A stretch of DNA of 64,000 bases. Source: Candidatus Thorarchaeota archaeon (GTDB lineage Archaea; Asgardarchaeota; Thorarchaeia; Thorarchaeales; Thorarchaeaceae). The first letter of the stretch is position 1, and every line of letters begins with the position of its first letter. Positions 57,491 to 64,000 of the stretch are shown one piece after another. A program made the translations under genes and the position numbers. The notes beneath the pieces were generated by a model. The model ran no database searches. It saw only the letters and a list, made by a program, of their open reading frames with translations, and was not told where the DNA came from. Location of the stretch: NCBI GenBank assembly GCA_019057475.1, contig DXJO01000008.1:82621-146620 (forward strand). The letters run 5' to 3'.

Positions 57491-58558
57491 GTGTTGGCGA
57501 AGAATATCGTAATTAGTGGTGAAACGCGTACCGGCAAGACCATGGTTGCTCTTGCCCTCGCTTCGAAACTGCGTGCAAAGGGGAAGTCCGTGAGTTACTT
57601 CAAACCCGTGGGAACGAAGAGTTTCGAGTATAGTACAGAGACGATGGACGTAGATGTAGATGCTGCGGTCATGAAGGAAGTCTTAGCCATGAAGGCAAAT
57701 CTTGACTGCATATGTCCAATTGTCAGAAAGTCTGTGAGCCATGATGAGCTTCTGCGGCTCGGTCATGACGTACTCCTGAAGAAGATTAAGGAGTGCTACT
57801 CGGAGGTTTCTGAAGGGGTTGACTACGTGTTGATTGAGGGGACCAAAGCCCCTTGGCATCTTCTTCATGTCAATCTGTCCACACCCCAGATCGCCAAGGA
57901 GTTCGACGCATCAGTCATTTGTCTTGTTAACTTCTCTACTACAGCAGCAATCGATGATGTCCTACTCCAGCAAAGCCTGTTTCAACAGCACGGGGTTGAT
58001 TCAATTGGGGTTATGCTGAAGAGGGTCCCTCCTATGCTCAGGGACGCCATTAAGGAAAAGATTCAGCCGTTCCTTGAGGGAACGGGACTACGGTTCTGTG
58101 GTGTCGTTTTTCAAAACAGAGATCTGTTCAGTCCCAATGTTGGTGAAATCCTGCGGGCACTGGATGGCGAGATGACAACTGGCGATGATAAACTGGGCGT
58201 TCTTATTGACCACTTCATGATTGGAAGCATGGCTCCAGAAAACGCTTTGAAGTGGTTTCGACGCACCCATGATAAGGCGGTTATTACTAGCGGAGATCGC
58301 CCTGACATTTGCCTTGCAGCGCTTGAAACGGATACAAACCTGCTGATTCTTACAGGTGGAATCGCGCCTGACATTCGAACTGTGTCGAGAGCCAAAGAGC
58401 AAGACGTCCCAATAATGATGACTGCACACGATACATACACTACTAGCCGAATTGTCGACGGGCTCTTGGGAACTGTAACTCCTGAGAGTAAGGAGAAGGT
58501 GCCAATCATCGAGCAAATTGTTGGTGATGCACTAGACTTGAGTTGCTTAGATTTATGA
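57491..58558 (+). CDS. Phosphotransacetylase N-terminal-like protein (BioD-like P-loop + DRTGG)
   Basis: TGKT, YFKPVG, LIEG, ITSGDRPD, LILTGG. Confidence 0.88.
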   Translation: MLAKNIVISGETRTGKTMVALALASKLRAKGKSVSYFKPVGTKSFEYSTETMDVDVDAAVMKEVLAMKANLDCICPIVRKSVSHDELLRLGHDVLLKKIKECYSEVSEGVDYVLIEGTKAPWHLLHVNLSTPQIAKEFDASVICLVNFSTTAAIDDVLLQQSLFQQHGVDSIGVMLKRVPPMLRDAIKEKIQPFLEGTGLRFCGVVFQNRDLFSPNVGEILRALDGEMTTGDDKLGVLIDHFMIGSMAPENALKWFRRTHDKAVITSGDRPDICLAALETDTNLLILTGGIAPDIRTVSRAKEQDVPIMMTAHDTYTTSRIVDGLLGTVTPESKEKVPIIEQIVGDALDLSCLDL

Positions 58559-58901
58559 TGGACAACCATTCAGTTTCATGAAGGCCAGAAAGAGGGTGAG
58601 CAACCGCGCTCCCGTTCCAAAAAGGAAAATGCGCATGATTCGCCGGGAGGTGTACCATGCGCTTCACCATTTCGCAGGTCCATCATCCATAAGTTAGCTT
58701 GTGTATCTGAGCCAATACTCGGCAAGTATCTGAATGCCCCCCTGGCAATACCGGGGACTGTGTTCTCGTATCCATTCGCGTAATGCTATCTCTGTGAAGA
58801 AATTGCCATGAGGGCTACGCTGAGCACCAATCCTTTTATGCGGATATTCCAAGGTATTGCGCTGGAGGGGTTAGAGCCCTCTAGGTTCGGGGGATTGAAA
58901 A

Positions 58902-59657
58902 TTGAAAGAAGCAGAACAAACTGAAAATGAGAACGTGGTCAAATGCATTTTTTGTGGTTTGGACGTTGATCCCGAGGTTGCGGTTCGATATCAGGGATGG
59001 ATAAGCCATCCAGCGTGTGCCAAAGGTGCAATGACTCAGAGGATAGAAGGATTCGATCGAAAGCATTTCATTCTCGGAGCGATTGGATCAGTGATAGGGC
59101 TTGTGTTCGCATTTCTCTTTGCTGGTGCGCAAGCTGCATTTGCAGAGCCCATCGTCCCAGACTACATCTTCATGACGTTCATGGTTGGGATTGGGCTTTT
59201 CGGCATTTCAGTAGGATTTCTAATCCAATCATTTGGCCTGTTCGGTCTTCACATCAACTACGAGCAGGTTCATGCAAAGAATAGCGCAATCCTATCCGTT
59301 CTTGTTGCATGTGCTTTCGGAGCCATGGCTTTTCTGCTGCTAACTTATGGTCTGGATCCTCTATACCATGATCCAGTGACCGGACATTTGTTAGGAATGC
59401 CCAACTACTACCTTGCAGGATTCGCATCACAAGCGCTGTTCGGGGTTCTCTCCGCACTCGTGGGTGTCACGGTATGGATGCTGGAGGATGAGTTGCGCGG
59501 AGGGCTTGTACCTCCGATGATACTTGGCATTCTGTTTGTAATTATTGGCGCACTAGTTATGTATAGCCTCCCGATGATTGCTCTATACTTTGTCGTCATA
59601 TTCCTCATATTCACTACAGCTGGAATTCCGAAGTACTGGATTGAGCTAGAAGAGTAG
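58902..59657 (+). CDS. Multi-pass membrane protein with N-terminal zinc finger
   Basis: CIFC-x14-HPAC, then about 6 hydrophobic helices. Confidence 0.78.
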   Translation: MKEAEQTENENVVKCIFCGLDVDPEVAVRYQGWISHPACAKGAMTQRIEGFDRKHFILGAIGSVIGLVFAFLFAGAQAAFAEPIVPDYIFMTFMVGIGLFGISVGFLIQSFGLFGLHINYEQVHAKNSAILSVLVACAFGAMAFLLLTYGLDPLYHDPVTGHLLGMPNYYLAGFASQALFGVLSALVGVTVWMLEDELRGGLVPPMILGILFVIIGALVMYSLPMIALYFVVIFLIFTTAGIPKYWIELEE

Positions 59658-59831
59658 GCAGATTACTGTTCGACCATTCCGGGGTGTCAAATTTCATTCA
59701 GTGACTGATGGTTTTCGCCCCGGATGCGTTCATTTTGGCTCGTTTTTCCACCAGTTACGTTTCTCGCAATAGATTTATGCTAGATTCTTGCTTCGCATCG
59801 ATTGCGAATAACAATTCCTGAGGAATAATTA

Positions 59832-60593
59832 ATGGGAAGTGCTGCAAAGACCAAAGCGGACACAGGTGGAAAAGAGGAATCGCGTCCCCAGGCCGTTGGA
59901 CAGCTAAAGGCCTTGGAGCTGATACGATCTCGCCGCTCAATCCGTGAGTTTACAGGAGAACGGATTCCAGATGAGCATATCGAGTTGATTCTCGAAGGTG
60001 CCAGGCATGCGCCTAGCCCCGAAAACATGCTTATGATCCGCTTCATAGTAATCCGCGATGACCAGGAGATGAAGGAGTTCCTGGCCGATATCGCGCAAGA
60101 GATGGCCCAGACTGCATTTGGTGGTGCACCCTTTGAGCTCACCAGTGGTCGGAACTGGTTCATCAGTGACCCCTACAGGGCTGCAGTCTATGCACGACTG
60201 AGGGATGGCAAGCTATTCCGGTATCCAGAGAAGAGTGATGCCGTGATTATTGTGTGTGCCAGCGAGTCTTGGCATGATGCTGGCTACATGTACACGAATG
60301 AGTTGTTTGGTTCGGTTGTTGCTGGCATGGCAATCATGAACATGTGGCTGATTGCAACCGAGCTTGGCTATGGTTGCGGCTATGAGGCTCTTGTATGTGC
60401 AGACCCACGACATGCTGAACTTGTCCGTGACCGACTTGGGATTCCACCAATCTGGACGCCGCTCACAGCGTTCTGCATTGGAAAGAGGATATCTCCGCGT
60501 GCTCTTGGTCCAAGCAGGGCTCCACTTGAAGGCCTTATGTATGAAGAGCGATGGGGTAGGCCGTACAAACGAATGGCATTCAGGAAGGGGTGA
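59832..60593 (+). CDS. Nitroreductase-family flavoprotein
   Basis: IRSRRSIREF, APSPEN, NMWLIATELGYG. Confidence 0.88.
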   Translation: MGSAAKTKADTGGKEESRPQAVGQLKALELIRSRRSIREFTGERIPDEHIELILEGARHAPSPENMLMIRFIVIRDDQEMKEFLADIAQEMAQTAFGGAPFELTSGRNWFISDPYRAAVYARLRDGKLFRYPEKSDAVIIVCASESWHDAGYMYTNELFGSVVAGMAIMNMWLIATELGYGCGYEALVCADPRHAELVRDRLGIPPIWTPLTAFCIGKRISPRALGPSRAPLEGLMYEERWGRPYKRMAFRKG

Positions 60594-60856
60594 GCAACAT
60601 GGACGTAAGTTTTGATAAAGAATCAATGGAGAAAATGAAGGAGCTCGCTACCGAGGCTAACCTCTCTCCTGAGGGGTTAATCGAGTGCGTGATGTTGCAG
60701 TTCATGCACAACACCGGTTCCAGAGTCTACACTGGCAGATGGTCCAAGGGTGAGAAGGATGGAGTCAAAGGATTCCGATACGTTGTCCAGTGGCCCTTTA
60801 GACCCGGATTCTATGAGGCAACTGGTGACATGGTTAAGAAATGGAGGCTTGAATAA
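60590..60856 (+). CDS. Small hypothetical protein (RHH-like N-terminus)
   Basis: Translationally coupled to the nitroreductase gene; MDVSFDKESMEKMKELA...PEGLIE. Confidence 0.65.
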   Translation: MSNMDVSFDKESMEKMKELATEANLSPEGLIECVMLQFMHNTGSRVYTGRWSKGEKDGVKGFRYVVQWPFRPGFYEATGDMVKKWRLE

Positions 60857-61128
60857 TGGCTAAGTTTAGACCACATCCAACAGGCGAATGGCCTTTCTAT
60901 CCTCGACTCAAGGATGGCGACATTGAACATGAATACTGGAACACCAAAAAGATGATCCATCAGGCGTTCATCAACGACCGAAAGGGTCGTATTGTTGTCT
61001 TGATGCAGGGAGAGAAGTACGACGCCTTCCTAGAGAAGGTGAAGAAGAGAAAGGGCAACATGTGGACGGTGTCAGTCGATGCCGCAATGCATGAGGCACT
61101 CGATGAATGGATCGCGAAGGAGGACTGA
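60856..61128 (+). CDS. Small hypothetical protein
   Basis: TAATG overlap and GGAGG SD; 90 aa. Confidence 0.7.
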   Translation: MAKFRPHPTGEWPFYPRLKDGDIEHEYWNTKKMIHQAFINDRKGRIVVLMQGEKYDAFLEKVKKRKGNMWTVSVDAAMHEALDEWIAKED

Positions 61129-61500
61129 TTGAAGATGTCAGAACAATTGCAGGAGTTTTTCAAGTTCCTCATTGCAAAAACGAGAGAAAAGGAAGATCTC
61201 AAGAAGCTACTTGTTGAATGGGTTGGACCTTACGATGGTAAGATTCTCCAAGTCCATACGCCTGACGGCGGCGACCAGTACATAGTCGTGACAAAGGAAG
61301 GTATGACCCTGCACGAAGGCGTCTATCCCAGTCCTGACGTCATCTACAAAGCGACCGGAGAAATCCTATTGGGCATCTTCACAGGCGAGGTCAAGTTCAA
61401 GGACACCATGAAGGATGGACGCCTTGAGGTAATTGGCAACGCACACGAGAGCGACCCACTGGCTAACCTAATCCTAGCCGCGATGATGGGTGCATTCTAG
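61129..61500 (+). CDS. SCP2 sterol/lipid-binding domain protein
   Basis: EG...PDV...ILLGIFTGE......MKDGRLEVIGN pattern. Confidence 0.8.
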   Translation: MKMSEQLQEFFKFLIAKTREKEDLKKLLVEWVGPYDGKILQVHTPDGGDQYIVVTKEGMTLHEGVYPSPDVIYKATGEILLGIFTGEVKFKDTMKDGRLEVIGNAHESDPLANLILAAMMGAF

Positions 61501-61512
61501 GAGGTCCGTGAT

Positions 61513-62637
61513 GTGGATGTCAAGAAGATTGTAGTCATCGGCGCGGGTTTGATGGGATCAGGCATTGCTTACATCTCTGCTTGGAATGGTCTAGAAGTCA
61601 AGATGGTCGACATCAAGGAGGAGTTCATCGATAAGGGAATGGAACGAGTCCGAACAGACGTAATGACCGGAATCGACAAGGGCAAGATGACCATGACAGA
61701 GGCTGAGGATCTCATGGGCAGGCTCAGCGCGACCACCAATCTCGAGGAGGCTGTCAAAGATGCTGACCTAGTCATCGAAGCCATCTTTGAGAACATGAAG
61801 GTCAAGAAAGAGGTCTTTGGCAAGGTTGATGCGGCAGCACCTGCTCATACAGTGATTGCATCAAACACATCCTCATTGAGCATCGATGAGCTGGCAACGG
61901 CCACGAAGCGACCGGATAAGGTAATTGGAATGCACTACTTCTCTCCTGTTGCTGCTATGAAGCTGGTGGAAATCATCATTGGCGAAAAGACTAGTGAAGA
62001 AACCATTACAGCAGCGATTGCAGTGGCTGAGAAGCAGGGCAAACAAATCGTCAAGGCGAAGAACAGTCCCGGCTTCATTGTCAATCGTATCCTAATGCCC
62101 GTTCTTAGGGAGTCGATTCTCCTATACGAACAAGGTGTTGCTACCAAGGAAGAGATTGATGTGGCTATGACATCGAAGGCCAAATTCCCAGCTGGTCCGT
62201 TTATGCTTAGTGATTTCGTTGGTCTTGACATCGCGTTCAACGCCATGAGCACCCTTTACCGAGAGCTCGGAGACTGCTTCAAGCCTCCGGAAACTCTGGA
62301 AAAGCTGGTCGAATCAGGACACATTGGCACCAAGTCCAAAAAGGGCTTCTACGAGTACAGCGGGACTCAGGAAGAGCCAGACCCTCCCAAGGGTGTGGAC
62401 ACAGACTGGCTTGTTACAAGAATCACAATGCCTGTGATTCGAGAGGCCATGATTCTTGTGGACGAGGGCATCGCTGAAAAGGATGACATCGACATCGCGA
62501 TGAAGCTGGGCGCAAGCTTTCCGGCTGGGCCTTTTGAGCTTGCTGAGAAAATCGGTATGGATAAGGTACGTGAGGAAATCAGCAAGCTGCATAAGGAACT
62601 CGGGGACTGCTACAGCGTTCCGAAGATGCTGCAGTAA
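61513..62637 (+). CDS. 3-hydroxyacyl-CoA dehydrogenase with duplicated C-terminal domain
   Basis: VIGAGLMGSGIA, EAIFE, ASNTSSL, GMHYFSP, PGFIVNR, two PAGPF motifs. Confidence 0.95.
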   Translation: MDVKKIVVIGAGLMGSGIAYISAWNGLEVKMVDIKEEFIDKGMERVRTDVMTGIDKGKMTMTEAEDLMGRLSATTNLEEAVKDADLVIEAIFENMKVKKEVFGKVDAAAPAHTVIASNTSSLSIDELATATKRPDKVIGMHYFSPVAAMKLVEIIIGEKTSEETITAAIAVAEKQGKQIVKAKNSPGFIVNRILMPVLRESILLYEQGVATKEEIDVAMTSKAKFPAGPFMLSDFVGLDIAFNAMSTLYRELGDCFKPPETLEKLVESGHIGTKSKKGFYEYSGTQEEPDPPKGVDTDWLVTRITMPVIREAMILVDEGIAEKDDIDIAMKLGASFPAGPFELAEKIGMDKVREEISKLHKELGDCYSVPKMLQ

Positions 62638-62654
62638 AACCATCTGGTTGCAGA

Positions 62655-62693
62655 AGGCAGGGCTTGCTCCCTGCCTGACTCTTCTTTTTCTTT
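62655..62693 (+). terminator. Hairpin plus T-rich terminator
   Basis: AGGCAGGG-CTTGCT-CCCTGCCT followed by CTCTTCTTTTTCTTT. Confidence 0.65.
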
Positions 62694-62733
62694 GGTACCC
62701 AAGTGCGTGACTAATGTGTCCTCTGCCTGTCAG

Positions 62734-62876
62734 GGCTCTGTGGAATAATCCCGTTAGTTCACTATCAGCACGATCAGAATCGACATTCGTTTTATCATGG
62801 AGTGTCTGAACCCTGACATTACTGAGTGTGAATTCAGATGCTTTTCCTCACGCCATTCGATTTATTCCACAGGGCC
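62734..62876. mobile_element. 143-bp MITE, IS5 family (IS903-group-like ends)
   Basis: Terminal inverted repeats GGCTCTGTGGAATAA / TTATTCCACAGGGCC (14/15 match); exact 9-bp direct repeat GCCTGTCAG at 62725-62733 and 62877-62885; no transposase. Confidence 0.88.
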
Positions 62877-62948
62877 GCCTGTCAGGAATCGAGTTTATAT
62901 GTAGGTTGAGAGGTTCGCAACAACAAACACTATCGAAGTGATTCAATT

Positions 62949-63761
62949 ATGCCAGAGTATGACACTCTACTTTATTCAAAGGAAGGATCTTTCCTCTCTC
63001 CAGTCAAGAACGTTGCAGTCATCAAGTTCAATCGATTGGATGCTCTCAACTCAATCAACGATCAGTTCATTATTGATCTGGATGCTGCTTTAACTGAAGC
63101 AGAGAATGATCCTGATGTCAGATCTGTGGTCATCGCGTCAGCTCACGATAAGGTATACTGTACCGGAGCCGACCTTAAGATGGCGCAGAGTCTGTTCAAA
63201 GAAATGGACAAAGTCAAGGACTTAATCTCACAGGGTCAGAAAGCCCTCGACAGACTTGCGACGCTGAGTAAGCCCACAATCGCAGCTATACACGGACTCT
63301 GCCTTGGTGGAGGTACCGAGATTGCTCTAGCATGCGACATCAGGATTTGTGACGAAGAGGCCAAGATTGGCACTCCTGAGGTCAGCCTTGGGCTAATCCC
63401 TGCTTGGGGTGGTTGTGTGCGATTGCCACGTATCATCGGAATGAGCAAGGCCATGGAAATGATTCTTACAGGCGGCACATTGACCGCACAGGAATCGCTA
63501 GCTTGCGGCCTTGTGAGCAAGGTCACCTCTGTCGAGGAACTGCTCAGTCAAGCCATGTGGTACGGTGCCAAGTTGGGCGGTAATGCTCCTCTTGCTATGA
63601 AGTTGGCTAAGCAGGCCACACACATGGCCTTTGAGGAGTCCTATGAGAAGAATCTTGAATTCCAAGTCGAAGCTGCCTACAAGTGCTTTGAAACCAAGGA
63701 CTTGGCCGAGGGTATCTCTGCCATCTTTGAAAAGCGAAGAGGCAAGTTCACAGGCGAGTAG
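62949..63761 (+). CDS. Enoyl-CoA hydratase/crotonase
   Basis: YCTGADL, KPTIAAIHGLCLGGGTEIALACDIR, PEVSLGLIPAWGG; TTTATAT box at about 62894. Confidence 0.95.
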   Translation: MPEYDTLLYSKEGSFLSPVKNVAVIKFNRLDALNSINDQFIIDLDAALTEAENDPDVRSVVIASAHDKVYCTGADLKMAQSLFKEMDKVKDLISQGQKALDRLATLSKPTIAAIHGLCLGGGTEIALACDIRICDEEAKIGTPEVSLGLIPAWGGCVRLPRIIGMSKAMEMILTGGTLTAQESLACGLVSKVTSVEELLSQAMWYGAKLGGNAPLAMKLAKQATHMAFEESYEKNLEFQVEAAYKCFETKDLAEGISAIFEKRRGKFTGE

Positions 63762-63774
63762 TCTTTAGGATTAG

Positions 63775-63796
63775 AGACCCCGGAAACTCTGGGGTC
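63775..63796 (+). terminator. Hairpin after the crotonase gene
   Basis: GACCCCGGA-AAC-TCTGGGGTC inverted repeat; weak pyrimidine tail. Confidence 0.45.
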
Positions 63797-64000
63797 ACTC
63801 TTCCGTTGCCCGAAACCTAGACAATCATGGACATCAAGGTCATGAACTGTTGTTCGGTTCCTGCTTCATCGAGGCTGCTTCGCAAATCAAAAATTTGCAA
63901 TGTCTTACGTCCTCTCCACGGGCATTTTACGTCCCCGGCCAACTGACGGTAGAGTCATCCTTGGACTTGGTTCTCGTCCTGGACTGACACTACATGTACA

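Noticed and set aside
58560-58880. 320-bp gap with short ORFs, including a ~53-codon minus-strand frame
   Set aside because: No recognisable motif, tRNA fold or terminal repeats; cannot support a call.
1-64000. CRISPR arrays, rRNA, tRNA, integrase or transposase genes
   Set aside because: None seen by eye; intron-containing tRNAs could be missed without tRNAscan-SE.

Overview
Gene-dense archaeal chromosomal window of roughly 50% GC. It is most likely from an Asgard archaeon (Thorarchaeia-like). This is an inference from GGTGA/GGAGG ribosome-binding sites, TATA promoters, proteasome alpha, archaeal DtdA, ADP-forming acyl-CoA synthetase, a TAT-less reductive dehalogenase and several eukaryote-like domains. 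Content from left to right: a decaying left edge with two orphan DNA methyltransferases; tusA-iscS-iscU; assorted metabolic genes; speA with two Cache/HAMP membrane receptors (one ending in TPR+vWA) and an FG-GAP-propeller/PCI-like protein; a corrinoid methyltransferase module divergent from an RdhA-like gene; psmA; an AT-rich kinase-M23-aminotransferase insertion with mosaic flanks; long coiled-coil genes; acyl-CoA synthetase and beta-oxidation genes. The top finding is missed by the ORF track. The minus-strand gene ending at 37239 appears to start at ATG 38042 and read through an in-frame UGA in a C-T-S-U (CxxU) motif. Its own stop codon forms the core of a eukaryote-type (K-turn, apical AAA) SECIS hairpin, making it a candidate non-thioredoxin-fold selenoprotein. 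Also found by eye: an IS903-like MITE with a 9-bp target duplication, an unannotated 47-aa CdrS-like ribbon-helix-helix gene, an IscU fused to a degenerate thioredoxin-reductase domain, and a Rab-like pseudo-GTPase next to a polyproline protein. I saw no rRNA, tRNA or CRISPR array. All calls come from motif recognition; no database searches were run.
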